A DNA stretch of 50,997 nt from a virus (taxonomy: Duplodnaviria; Heunggongvirae; Uroviricota; Caudoviricetes): positions 1 through 50,997 of IMG/VR virus record IMGVR_UViG_648276648_000009; one strand, 5' to 3'. This document shows, one piece after another, positions 1-12,050 of the stretch. Made by a program: the position numbers and the translations under genes. The notes under the pieces were generated by a model. The model searched no databases. It was not told where the DNA came from and saw only the letters and a list, made by a program, of their open reading frames with translations. Each line of letters begins with the position of its first letter. The stretch's first letter is position 1.

Positions 1-361
1 CACGGCTTCCCGCTTCTGGTCTGTCGTCAGTACTTTCGCCCAAGAGCCACCTGAAGCGCCTCTTTATCCAGCATGGCTTCGGCAAGCAGCTTCTTGAGTC
101 TGGCGTTCTCTTCCTCAAGCGACTTCAGGCGCTTAACTTCAGGCACCTCCATACCGCCATACTTCTTACGCCAGGTGTAAAACGTGGCATCGGAAATGGC
201 ATGCTTGCGGCAGAGTTCACGGGCGGGTACCCCAGCTTCGGCTTCGCGGAGAATACTGATGATCTGTTCGTCGGAAAAACGCTTCTTCATGGGGATGTCC
301 TCATGTGGCTTATGAAGACATTACTAACATCGGGGTGTACTAATCAACGGGGAGCAGGTCA
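1..361 (-). mobile_element. IS3-family insertion sequence, partial (continues beyond window start); terminus placed near 353-361 where the minus strand reads TGACCTGCTCCCC
   Basis: OrfA-type transposase ORF at 27-290(-); TG-initiated terminus ~70 bp upstream of orfA start; boundary assigned by eye. Confidence 0.6.
27..290 (-). CDS. IS3-family transposase OrfA (HTH DNA-binding subunit)
   Basis: 87-aa ORF MKKRFSDEQIISILREAEAGVPARELCRKHAISDATFYTWRKKYGG... with C-terminal leucine-zipper-like heptads, typical of IS3/IS407-group OrfA. Confidence 0.85.
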   Translation of the reverse strand: MKKRFSDEQIISILREAEAGVPARELCRKHAISDATFYTWRKKYGGMEVPEVKRLKSLEEENARLKKLLAEAMLDKEALQVALGRKY

Positions 362-511
362 GCGTTTTTATGCTTCGCCGTACGGATTTGAAGCCATTTG
401 TCTGGAAGAACGAAATTGGTCCCAGCTCATACGCTCAAACGAGGGGGTGCCACAACCTGGCCTTTTTCTACAAAGACGAGCTTTCTGTGGTTGATATTCA
501 AGGGTTACAAC

Positions 512-1417
512 ATGTTTAAGCACTGGAAAAACATTACTATTTATAAACTTTCTCGTGAGGCGGATCTGACCGACTTAGAAGATAAAAAGAAAATGATCCT
601 TTTCACGCCATGCGGTAGTCAGGATATGGCCAAGTTCGGTTTTGTATCTCCATTTGGTGATAATTCCGAAGTTATCGCTATGCATGGAAATGGTTTTATC
701 CTTGTTGAAGCAAAGCGCGAAACAAAAATTCTTCCCCCGCCGGTTATCCAGCGAGCTATTCAAGAAAAAATTGAAAAACTTGAGCAAGAACAAGCGCGTA
801 AACTGAAGAAAACAGAGAAGGACTCCCTGAAAGACGAAGTTCTGCATTCTCTTCTGCCACGGGCTTTTTCAAAGTTTTCTGTTATCTAGGCGATCTACGA
901 CGGTTCAACTAAACGTATCTATATCAATGCCAGCGCGCGGCAGGCAGAGGATATGCTCGCGCTTATGCGTAAGTCTCTGGGTTCTCTTCCTGTTGTTCCC
1001 CTGAGTGTTGAAAATCCCATTGAATTAACGCTGACCGACTGGGTACGTGATGGTAGTGCTCCACAGGGATTTCAAATGGGGGATGCGGCAGAACTTAAGG
1101 CAGTGCTTGAGGATGGCGGTATTGCCCGGGTGAAAAAGCAGGATTTGGGAAGCGATGAAATTTCCACACACCTGGAAGCTGGCAAGCTCGTCACTAAGTT
1201 GGCACTCGACTGGCAGAACCGCATTAAATTTACACTGGACCATAACTTCAGCCTTACCAGCGTCAAATTTGCGGATGAATTGCTTGAGCAGAACTCTGAT
1301 ATTGATAGTGAAGATGTTGCGCAGCGACTGGACGCAGATTTCTTCCTGTTGACCAGTGAAATTTCGTGCCTGGTTGATGCTCTGGTAAATGCCCTTGGTG
1401 GAGAGGCTAAGCAGTGA
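512..1417 (+). CDS. hrdC: RdgC-like recombination-associated protein (P1 HrdC homolog), interrupted by an in-frame TAG at 887-889; ORFs 398-889 and 953-1417 are in the same frame
   Basis: N-terminal part ([16 protein letters not shown]...[12 protein letters not shown]) and C-terminal part ([40 protein letters not shown]...) both align to E. coli RdgC as recalled; single in-frame amber codon between them. Confidence 0.75.
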
Positions 1418-3678
1418 AAGAGCTGTGCTATGGATCTGTTTGCAGTGGAATTGAAGCCGCGAGTATTGCCTGGGAACCGTTGGGTATGCGTCCGGTGTGG
1501 TTTGCTGAAATCGAGTCTTTTCCATCTGCCGTTCTTGCGCACCGCTGGCCCCATGTCGCCAACCTTGGCGACATGACAAAACTTGCCAAAAAAGTCCTGG
1601 CTGGGGAAATCGAATCCCCTGATGTGCTCGTCGGGGGTACGCCTTGTCAGGCATTCAGTATCGCGGGCTTACGTGGTGGGCTTGATGATGAACGCGGCGC
1701 GCTAACTTTGAAGTATGTGGAGCTTGCAAATGCAATTGACGACAAACGGTCTGAGTCCTTCCTCAAACCGACAGTTATCGTCTGGGAAAATGTCCCAGGA
1801 GTCCTGTCATCGGCAGATAACGCCTTCGGATGTTTCCTTGCCGGATTGGCTGGAGAAGATGCGCCATTTGAACCAGGTGATCGACCTGAATCAGGAAAAA
1901 GTAACGCGTTCTGGCGGTGGGATGGCAAAACCGGTTGCCATGCTCCAAAGTGGCCGCAGTGTGGTTGTATTTATGGACCGCAGCGAAAGGTGGCCTGGAG
2001 AATCCTTGATGCCCAATACTTCGGAGTGGCACAACGACGCCGACGCGTGTTTGTTGTCGCAAGTGCTCGAACAGACCTCGATCCCGCAACGGTACTTTTT
2101 GAGTTCAAAGGCGTGCGCCGGAATATTGCGCCGAGCCGAAAAAAGAAGGAAATCGCTTCCGCCATTATTGCAAATGGCGCTGCAATCAGTGGCGAAAGCC
2201 TAAATCCATGCCTACACGCTGACATGCCACCCGGTATGAAATCGACGAAAGCCGTAAACGCTTTCAGGATGGCAGCATTTGGGGAATATATTGACGATGA
2301 AACCGCATCGACAGTAAAGGCAAGAGATTTTAAAGATGCCACTGACCTTGCCGTTTTTAGCAGCACAGGAGCAGGTTTTTGGTCAGAAGGGCATGGTACA
2401 TTGCGGGCACGTGAGCAAGAAAGCCATGAGCATCTTGTTACATTGGCTTTTCCTGAGCGTATGAGCGGTACACAACATGCTGCAACTAAGAATACTTCAC
2501 CATCTCTAATGGCTAAAAATCCAACAGCTGTTTGCTATGAAGTAAGAAACGCAGAAGTAGCTGTCCGCCGTCTTACCCCTGTCGAATGTGAAAGGCTGCA
2601 AGGTTTTCCTGATGGGCATACGTTGATCCCGACGGAAAAGCGTAAAAAAGTTAATTCAGATGAACTGGCATATCTTCGCAATCACTATCCAGATTTAAGC
2701 GAAGAAGAGGCCGCGATGCTTGCAGCTGACGGACCGCGTTACAAAGCGATCGGCAATAGTATGGCAATACCAGTAATGCGCTGGATTGGCGATCGGATTA
2801 CTAAGTCCGTATGTCGGCAGAAAGAAGGAAGTGAAACAAAAGAGCGAAAAGTTAAACCAGCGGCAGAATTCGAACGGTCCATATTCAAATGGGCTGGTGG
2901 AAAATTTGGTGTTCTGGAACAAATCTTTCGCTATTTGCCAGAAGGGAAGCGCCTGATTGAACCTTTCGTTGGTGGCGGAGCTGTCTTCATGAATGCCGGA
3001 TACCAGGAAAATCTGCTAAATGATGTGAATGCTGACCTGATTAACTTTTACAAGACTCTGCAACGCGAGGCGCATTCACTTATCACTCTGGCACATCGTT
3101 TCTTCCAGGACTACAACACACAGGAAGGATACCTGGCAGTACGGAATGCGTTTAACAAACAAGTCTATGATGATTTACATCGCGCAGCGGCGTTTTTGTT
3201 CCTGAACCGACATTGTTTTAACGGATTGACGCGTTACAACCAGGCCGGTGAGTTCAATGTCGGTTATGGGAAGTATAAAACTCCGTATTTCCCATTACAG
3301 GAGATGGAAGCCTTCCTCGGTGCGGAAGGGCGGTCTGAGTTTGTATGCGGTGATTTTGCAGCGGTGATTGAAGCTGCCGGAGAAGGAGATGTCATCTTTT
3401 GCGATCCGCCGTATGAACCGCTTCCAAATACAGAGGGATTCACGAACTATTCCGGTCATGACTTTAAGTTTGAAGAGCAAAAACGCCTGGTGTCTCTGTT
3501 GACGGATGCTCATCGTCGAGGTGCAAAGGTTCTCATTACTAACAGTGGCGCGCCAAACATCAGAGAGCTTTATCATGACAGTGGCTTCAGAGTGGAACCT
3601 CTTTTTGCCAGACGTTCTGTGTCTTGTAAGGGGGACACTCGAGGTGTAGCTCATGACGTTTTGGGTATATTGCTCTAA
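1414..3678 (+). CDS. dmt: Bifunctional DNA methyltransferase: N-terminal C5-cytosine MTase domain (PCQ and ENV motifs), C-terminal Dam-like N6-adenine MTase domain (DPPY motif)
   Basis: 754-aa ORF; [12 protein letters not shown] and VWENVPG motifs, then FCDPPYEP; GTG start overlaps hrdC stop (GTGA). Confidence 0.9.
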   Translation: MKELCYGSVCSGIEAASIAWEPLGMRPVWFAEIESFPSAVLAHRWPHVANLGDMTKLAKKVLAGEIESPDVLVGGTPCQAFSIAGLRGGLDDERGALTLKYVELANAIDDKRSESFLKPTVIVWENVPGVLSSADNAFGCFLAGLAGEDAPFEPGDRPESGKSNAFWRWDGKTGCHAPKWPQCGCIYGPQRKVAWRILDAQYFGVAQRRRRVFVVASARTDLDPATVLFEFKGVRRNIAPSRKKKEIASAIIANGAAISGESLNPCLHADMPPGMKSTKAVNAFRMAAFGEYIDDETASTVKARDFKDATDLAVFSSTGAGFWSEGHGTLRAREQESHEHLVTLAFPERMSGTQHAATKNTSPSLMAKNPTAVCYEVRNAEVAVRRLTPVECERLQGFPDGHTLIPTEKRKKVNSDELAYLRNHYPDLSEEEAAMLAADGPRYKAIGNSMAIPVMRWIGDRITKSVCRQKEGSETKERKVKPAAEFERSIFKWAGGKFGVLEQIFRYLPEGKRLIEPFVGGGAVFMNAGYQENLLNDVNADLINFYKTLQREAHSLITLAHRFFQDYNTQEGYLAVRNAFNKQVYDDLHRAAAFLFLNRHCFNGLTRYNQAGEFNVGYGKYKTPYFPLQEMEAFLGAEGRSEFVCGDFAAVIEAAGEGDVIFCDPPYEPLPNTEGFTNYSGHDFKFEEQKRLVSLLTDAHRRGAKVLITNSGAPNIRELYHDSGFRVEPLFARRSVSCKGDTRGVAHDVLGILL

Positions 3679-3698
3679 TAAATTTATTAGTGTAATAT
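3669..3698 (+). promoter_or_regulatory. C1 operator (exact ATTGCTCTAATAAATTT, 3669-3685) overlapping a sigma70-like promoter (-35 TTGCTC, 17-bp spacer, -10 TAATAT) facing the tRNA/tci/ban region
   Basis: Exact match to the 17-bp P1 C1 operator consensus; promoter hexamers read directly. Confidence 0.6.
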
Positions 3699-3859
3699 CG
3701 CCTCAATGAATCGTGATTTATAGAGCGATTTAGCTGTTAGCCGCGACAGGCGCGGCGGTAAGCATGGCTGGGCCTAGTCCTCCCAGACAAACCACCGAGT
3801 TGCCAGGTTGACCATGCGCCTAAGTGGCAACTCCGAAGTGCGTTACGAGCTTCCAGTTT

Positions 3860-3887
3860 GCCCATCTTCGGGTGGGCGTTTTTTTTC
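3860..3887 (+). terminator. Rho-independent terminator-like hairpin followed by T8
   Basis: GCCCATC-TTCG-GGTGGGC stem-loop then TTTTTTTT. Confidence 0.5.
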
Positions 3888-4067
3888 AGGGTTTTCGTCA
3901 TGGTTAGCGACTTTGCGGCGGTTTAGAAACTGACCATTAAAGTAAATGCAAACGATGATCTGATGATGGTAGCGGCCTAAGAAGCCAGATGCCACGGGGT
4001 ATGAGTCGTCCCCCGTCAAAAAATCGACCGCAGAGTGTCCCCGTCTGTGTATTAGGGAACGGGGAGG

Positions 4068-4148
4068 CACAACAGGTAAGGGCGCTGGTGTGATTAACCA
4101 GATGAACGAGAAGGGGCCATCTGTTGGTCAGCGTCCTTTCCTGTTGCG
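4068..4148 (+). repeat. Structured hairpin element R0 of the tRNA-array repeat family (5' ACAACAGGTAAGGG ... 3' CCTTTCCTGTTGCG)
   Basis: Long imperfect inverted repeat sharing the ACAGGTAAGGG arm with R1, R2 and R4. Confidence 0.5.
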
Positions 4149-4351
4149 TTTTCTTTTCAGCGTAACAGCGGTGCTTAACAGCACTTTGGGTACAGTTCCA
4201 CGAATTTACGGGTATATCCCGTCATGCTGAAAGCGCTAATCACGCTGGAAGCCAGGGTTGTGCATCCCCTGTTACCGAATTGCAGCCAGGGCGCGGTGCG
4301 CCGAAAAGCATACGGAGGTGGAAGCCCTCGCCGGAGACGTACCCGGCAAGT

Positions 4352-4427
4352 GATGGTGTAGCTCAGCGGTTAGAGCGGTTGACTGTTAATCAACGGGTCG
4401 ATGGTTCAAATCCATCCACCATCGCCA
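4352..4427 (+). tRNA. tRNA-Asn (anticodon GUU)
   Basis: 76-nt cloverleaf: acceptor GATGGTG/CACCATC, anticodon loop CTGTTAA, T-loop GGTTCAAATCC, 3' CCA encoded. Confidence 0.9.
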
Positions 4428-4429
4428 AT

Positions 4430-4505
4430 GCCGGTTTAGCTCAGTTGGTAGAGCGCCTGCCTTGTAAGCAGGATGTCAGCGGTTCGAGTCCGTTAATCGG
4501 CACCA
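4430..4505 (+). tRNA. tRNA-Thr (anticodon UGU)
   Basis: 76 nt; close to E. coli tRNA-Thr as recalled; anticodon loop CTTGTAA; T-loop GGTTCGAGTCC; CCA encoded. Confidence 0.9.
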
Positions 4506-4506
4506 G

Positions 4507-4616
4507 CACAACAGGTAAGGGTATTTTGCGACGTCGGAGATCGCCGAGCTTGGCAGAGGGTTCGAATCCCTACGAAGTACCCTTACCGTTGTGATGAATG
4601 CGCAGGCTGATGCGCG
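4507..4616 (+). repeat. Structured element R1: long stem ACAACAGGTAAGGGTA/TACCCTTACCGTTGTG enclosing a canonical T-arm-like hairpin (GAGGGTTCGAATCCCTAC), followed by a GCGCAGGCTGATGCGCG hairpin
   Basis: Inverted repeats and T-loop motif read directly; no anticodon arm, so not called a tRNA. Confidence 0.5.
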
Positions 4617-4716
4617 AAAGACATTGCAGCTATTGCGGAAAAGAGCTGTTCGGCGGGGCAATTAAACGCCCGTGAGAGTCTGAAATAACCGCAAGCCGGA
4701 GATCAGCACCGGTCAT

Positions 4717-4810
4717 CACAACACAACAGGTAAGGGCATTCTCCCTTATGGGGCTTGGCTTAAATGCATCGAGTGCTCTTACCGTTGTGATGAAGTGCAG
4801 CTCTTTGAAG
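4717..4810 (+). repeat. Structured element R2 of the same family (ACAACAGGTAAGGGCA ... TGCTCTTACCGTTGTGATGAAG)
   Basis: Shares both stem arms and the GTGATGAA tail with R1. Confidence 0.5.
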
Positions 4811-4928
4811 CAACCAGAAGATAAGCATCTGGCTTCACAACATAAACCGCAGGAACGACCAATAAACGGTAGTCCGTATGGAGAACACCCCGTTGAGGAA
4901 GAGGCCTGGCCGGAACCGTAACCGGCAC

Positions 4929-5047
4929 TACAACGTTGAGAACACTGGCGTAACGGGGTCATATCCCAATCTACGAATAAATGTTGCGTTGCAGCGTGAC
5001 AACCAGTGTTCTCAACATTGTGGTGAATGCACAGGCTGATGTGCCGC
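4929..5047 (+). repeat. Structured element R3 (CAACGTTGAGAACACTG ... CAGTGTTCTCAACATTG stem, internal GGGGTCATATCCCAATCTAC, GTGGTGAATGCACAGGCTGATGTGCC tail)
   Basis: 17-bp perfect inverted repeat with T-arm-like internal hairpin; tail matches R1. Confidence 0.5.
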
Positions 5048-5203
5048 AACTACAGTAGTGCGCGCTTTGCGGGGCTTGCTACAACCCTGTGTCGGAGTTC
5101 AGCACCGACCATCACAGTTTGATTCTCTGGCATGAGCATAACGCTGAAATAAGTCCAGTCTGGTGCGGCCCGATCACCCGCCGTTAGCTCCACGAAACGG
5201 AGC

Positions 5204-5306
5204 ACGTAACAGGTAAGAGCATTCTCCTGTAACGGGTTCATATCCCAATCTACAGGTCCACCAGGAATGCTCTTTCCGTTGCGGTGAATGCGGCTAAGCG
5301 CACGCG
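5204..5306 (+). repeat. Structured element R4 (ACGTAACAGGTAAGAGCA ... TGCTCTTTCCGTTGCGGTGAATGCGG, internal GGGTTCATATCCCAATCTAC)
   Basis: Same arm and tail motifs as R1-R3. Confidence 0.5.
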
Positions 5307-5432
5307 GGGAAATGGTTATATCTGTCCATTATTTCTCCTTATTTCCCCGTCCATGGTGGATAACCAGCCAAAGGACACCGGGAAGCACCCGGCACCGCAA
5401 CCTTATTTCCCAACCAGTAATGAGGTTAATAA

Positions 5433-5858
5433 ATGCTCGGCATTCTCAAAAAGAAATTCCGCAAAGCGGCTGGCGGAGTCAAGAAGATGGAAAACCGTGA
5501 TGCGGTGGAAGCGACTGTCTGGGGCGCATATTCCATTGCATACTCTGACGGCACCTGCGATGCGAAAGAAATTGCAGTGTTGGAAAAAACCATTGCAGCA
5601 CTTCCTGCCTTTGCGCCGTTCTCCGGTGAAATTGCCCAGATGAGCGCCAATATTCGCGCTCAATATGAAGCCTCGCCGCGCCGAGCGAATGCCCAGGCTT
5701 TACGTGAACTGGCTGACGTGTCTGGAACTAATGATGCGGTAGATGTTCTGTGCCTATGCATTGATATTGCTGACCAGGATGGCATTGGGGCAGAAGAGCA
5801 GGAGCAATTGAAGAAAATTGCCCAGGCTCTTCAATTGCCACTGGAACAGTATATCTGA
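5433..5858 (+). CDS. tciA: TerB-like tellurite-resistance family protein (P1 TciA-like)
   Basis: 141-aa ORF with SD; acidic TerB-like composition; sits upstream of two small membrane ORFs and tRNA-CAU as in the P1 tci cluster. Confidence 0.7.
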   Translation: MLGILKKKFRKAAGGVKKMENRDAVEATVWGAYSIAYSDGTCDAKEIAVLEKTIAALPAFAPFSGEIAQMSANIRAQYEASPRRANAQALRELADVSGTNDAVDVLCLCIDIADQDGIGAEEQEQLKKIAQALQLPLEQYI

Positions 5859-6022
5859 TGGTTATAAAAGCACGTCTAATTCTGGCTTTGGTTTTTCTCG
5901 TGCTATCTGTGCTGGTGGATTTCACCAGCACAATCCTGTCGGTTTTATCCGACGGGGCGTTGGTAGCAGTAGCTGTAACATTGGTATGGCCGATATTAAA
6001 AACAGCTTCTAAGGATCAGTGA
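5858..6022 (+). CDS. Small membrane protein, 54 aa (TciB-like)
   Basis: ATG overlaps tciA stop (TGATG); MVIKARLILALVFLVLSVLVDFTSTILSVL... single TM segment; below the ORF-track length cut-off. Confidence 0.55.
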   Translation: MVIKARLILALVFLVLSVLVDFTSTILSVLSDGALVAVAVTLVWPILKTASKDQ

Positions 6023-6129
6023 TGGGCTTCTGGGATTTTGCTGACAAGCATCCAATTGTTCTCGTTGTCATTGCTGGCATAGTTGTAGGCGGTATTGCTG
6101 GCGTCATAGAAGCACTCAGGAAACAGTAA
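6022..6129 (+). CDS. Small membrane protein, 35 aa (TciC-like)
   Basis: ATG overlaps preceding stop (TGATG); MGFWDFADKHPIVLVVIAGIVVGGIAGVIEALRKQ. Confidence 0.5.
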   Translation: MGFWDFADKHPIVLVVIAGIVVGGIAGVIEALRKQ

Positions 6130-6132
6130 TCC

Positions 6133-6208
6133 GGCCCTTTAGCTCAGTGGTTAGAGCTGGCGACTCATAATCGCACGGTCACCGGTTCAAGTCCGGTAGG
6201 GGCCACCA
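6133..6208 (+). tRNA. tRNA with CAU anticodon, most likely tRNA-Ile2 (lysidine-type) rather than Met
   Basis: 76 nt; near-identical to E. coli ileX-type tRNA as recalled; anticodon loop CTCATAA; CCA encoded. Confidence 0.85.
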
Positions 6209-6450
6209 TATTTGGTTGTAACACGGCGTCTGGCACATGCGTCGTTAGCGGTCTGGTGACGTTAAAAGGGGGGAACCTTGCCCCTAGCTCAGGCAACGAA
6301 CCAGGTAGCCGGAATGTGCAAGCCACCGTTTGTTGTTTCTCGGGTAAAGGGATTCACCATCCTGGCGATTCGGTGTGACAGCCGGGAAGAGTCCGGCGCA
6401 TTAATCCTGATTTTCTGGTGATGACTCATATCGTTAGGAGTGATTTGAGT

Positions 6451-6495
6451 ATGCCGATTATATCTGACATTCAGCACGCCTGGGTGGAGTGCTAA
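6451..6495 (+). CDS. 14-codon upstream ORF (MPIISDIQHAWVEC) whose TAA overlaps the ban ATG (TAATG); candidate translational-coupling leader
   Basis: AGGAG 10 nt upstream of the ATG; stop/start overlap read directly. Confidence 0.35.
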   Translation: MPIISDIQHAWVEC

Positions 6496-7859
6496 TGTCT
6501 GCATCCCCTCTTGAATCCATGCCAAATTCCCTTAGTGCAGAACAAGCTGTACTTGGTGGCTTAATGCTTGATAACTGCCGCTGGGATGAAGTTGCAGATC
6601 GTATAGTTGCTGATGATTTTTATACCAGTGCTCATCGTGAAATTTTCAGTGAGATGGAGAGGTTATTAAGTCATGGCAAACCGATTGATTTGATAACACT
6701 TGCTGAAGCACTTGAACAGAACGGTAAATTAGAACGCGCCGGTGGTTTTGCGTACCTTGCGGAGATGTCAAAGAACACGCCCAGCGCGGCAAATATTTGT
6801 GCTTATGCGGATATCGTTCGTGAACGCGCGGTTGTTCGTGAAATGATTTCCGTCGCAAATGAAATAGCCGAAGCTGGATATGCGCAGGATGGCAGGGGCA
6901 GCAATGAATTGCTGGATATGGCCGAGCGCCGCGTTTTTGAAATAGCTGAAAAACGACAAAAGAGCGGTAGTGGTCCAAAAGATATCGCCAGCATTCTCGA
7001 TGCAACGGTATCTCGCATAGAAGAGTTGTTTCAGCGACCACATGATGGTGTAACGGGGCTTGATACGGGATTTACCGATCTCAATAAGAAGACGGCAGGG
7101 CTTCAGCCGTCCGATCTCATCATTGTCGCCGCCCGCCCATCTATGGGGAAGACCACGTTTGCGATGAATCTCGTCGAAAATGCTGCAGTTCGTAACGATA
7201 AGCCCGTATTGGTTTTTAGCCTTGAGATGCCGAGCCACCAGCTGATGATGCGCTCACTGGCTTCTCTTGCACGCGTTGATCAGACTCGTATTAGAACGGG
7301 GCAACTTAACGACGATGATTGGGCGCGGGTTTCTGGCGCAATGGGGATTCTGTTGGACAAGCAGAATATTTTTATTGATGACTCAAGCGCCCTGACACCT
7401 ACAGAGCTTCGTTCCCGCGCTCGTCGTGTTTATAAAGAAAATGGTGGTTTGAGCATGATTATGATCGACTACCTGCAACTTATGCGCGTCCCCGAGCTGC
7501 AAGATAACCGAACGCTGGAAATTGCCGAGATTTCTCGCTCACTGAAGGCTTTGGCGAAGGAATTACAAGTACCAGTGGTGGCATTGTCACAACTTAATCG
7601 ATCGCTTGAACAGCGTGCGGACAAACGACCGGTAAATTCAGATTTACGTGAATCAGGAGCAATTGAGCAGGACGCAGACCTGATCATGTTTCTGTATCGC
7701 GACGAAGTTTATCACCCGGATAGCGAAATGAAGGGAATTGCCGAGGTAATTATCGGTAAGCAACGAAATGGCCCAATTGGCACGGTGAGATTGGCTTTTA
7801 ACGGTCAGTATTCACGATTTGATAACTATGCTGGTGCTGACTGGCAAGAGGATTATTAA
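6495..7859 (+). CDS. ban: Replicative DNA helicase, DnaB family (P1 Ban)
   Basis: DnaB N-terminal domain and Walker A (ARPSMGKTTFAMNL); ORF track starts at GTG 6489, ATG at 6495 has the better SD. Confidence 0.9.
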   Translation: MSASPLESMPNSLSAEQAVLGGLMLDNCRWDEVADRIVADDFYTSAHREIFSEMERLLSHGKPIDLITLAEALEQNGKLERAGGFAYLAEMSKNTPSAANICAYADIVRERAVVREMISVANEIAEAGYAQDGRGSNELLDMAERRVFEIAEKRQKSGSGPKDIASILDATVSRIEELFQRPHDGVTGLDTGFTDLNKKTAGLQPSDLIIVAARPSMGKTTFAMNLVENAAVRNDKPVLVFSLEMPSHQLMMRSLASLARVDQTRIRTGQLNDDDWARVSGAMGILLDKQNIFIDDSSALTPTELRSRARRVYKENGGLSMIMIDYLQLMRVPELQDNRTLEIAEISRSLKALAKELQVPVVALSQLNRSLEQRADKRPVNSDLRESGAIEQDADLIMFLYRDEVYHPDSEMKGIAEVIIGKQRNGPIGTVRLAFNGQYSRFDNYAGADWQEDY

Positions 7860-7882
7860 TGCAATGGAATGAGGAAAAGCCG

Positions 7883-8857
7883 ATGAACATCCTGATCATT
7901 GGGCGAAAATTTGCAGCCATCAGTGATGTGAAAACATATACGGAAATGTGGTCTTATAACCTGGCCTGCGCCTTTAGTGAGGCAGGGGTAACATTGCAAT
8001 ACCATCGTCCATATTCCCCTGGCGTCGAAAGCCCCGAGGATTATGTTGAAGCTGTGTTGACTGCTGCGACAGCATGTTCTGCGAAGGCCATTTTGGCACC
8101 AGGATTGAGGTATTTTACTACGGTACCCAGGGAAATAGGCATGCAACTGTGTCGCCGATTCTCTGGATGGGTAGCCCAGGTATATGACGGTTCTATGCTG
8201 GATTCGGCACCAGTCGATATTACTTTTACTGTCCGCGATGATACCTGGCGGTACCTGGATAATCCCGGTCGGTTAGAACGTCATAATCGCTTTAACAAAC
8301 ATGTTGGATGGGCAGCGAATCAGGAGCTGTTCCATCTGGAAACCAAAACGGACGATGTTCTGCGTATTTTTGTAGACCACGCTGCATTTGATGTTAGTGG
8401 TTTTGATCACTCCTTAAGTATCCTTATGAACCTTCAGCGTCTGACCGTTCCGTATGAGGCCAGAACGTTGACTGATGACGGATTGGTTACCATTGATCCG
8501 GGGAATATTTCGGTAACTCCATACAGGCGGACGCCGGTGCCAGCAACCGAATTTGCAGCTGAATTGCGTAAGAGTGACGTTTTTATCGTTACGCATCCCG
8601 AAAGCCTTGGATTAACTGTTCTTGAGGCGGCAATGTGTGGGGCGTTGGTATTAACGCCTCCCGATTGCCTTCCGCCAGATCGCCTGGCTTTGGTGAACCA
8701 TATGGTTATCAAGTCGCGGATTGATTGGGATGAGGTTATTGCTCGCGTTGATCGCGTGAAAAATGCTGAAAAGGTCCAGTGTCACACCTGGTCGGCAATT
8801 GCGGAAAAGATGCTTGAGACGTTTATCACGCAGAAACCGTCGCGCGGTAACGGATAA
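7883..8857 (+). CDS. Putative glycosyltransferase (GT-B-like C-terminal motif ESLGLTVLEAAMCGALVLTPP)
   Basis: ORF 7859-8857; internal ATG at 7883 preceded by GAGGA; TAATG overlap with ban stop. Confidence 0.6.
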   Translation: MNILIIGRKFAAISDVKTYTEMWSYNLACAFSEAGVTLQYHRPYSPGVESPEDYVEAVLTAATACSAKAILAPGLRYFTTVPREIGMQLCRRFSGWVAQVYDGSMLDSAPVDITFTVRDDTWRYLDNPGRLERHNRFNKHVGWAANQELFHLETKTDDVLRIFVDHAAFDVSGFDHSLSILMNLQRLTVPYEARTLTDDGLVTIDPGNISVTPYRRTPVPATEFAAELRKSDVFIVTHPESLGLTVLEAAMCGALVLTPPDCLPPDRLALVNHMVIKSRIDWDEVIARVDRVKNAEKVQCHTWSAIAEKMLETFITQKPSRGNG

Positions 8858-8880
8858 AAAATTGAACCCGTCATAACAGA

Positions 8881-8903
8881 AAAGCCCGAACGCCGGGCTT
8901 TTC

Positions 8904-8905
<2 letters not shown>
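8881..8905. terminator. Bidirectional rho-independent terminator between convergent genes (A-run, GCCCG-AACGC-CGGGC hairpin, T-run)
   Basis: Read directly between the 7883-8857(+) and 8904-9536(-) genes. Confidence 0.55.

Positions 8906-12050
<3,145 letters not shown>

Noticed and set aside
1025-1654. 209-aa and 160-aa minus-strand ORFs antisense to hrdC/dmt
   Set aside because: They fully overlap well-supported genes on the opposite strand and have no recognisable domains.
4280-4594. 104-aa ORF on the + strand spanning the tRNA-Asn/tRNA-Thr genes
   Set aside because: It runs directly through two well-formed tRNA cloverleaves; an artefact of an open frame over RNA genes.
4507-4616. R1 as a fourth tRNA gene
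   Set aside because: It has a 7-bp acceptor-like stem and a perfect T-arm but no room for an anticodon arm, so it cannot be a canonical tRNA.
4630-5241. Minus-strand ORFs of 139 and 63 aa inside the structured repeat array
   Set aside because: Cys-rich, low-complexity translations with repeated peptides (ENALTC) that mirror the nucleotide repeats; no SD; the RNA-element explanation is more parsimonious.
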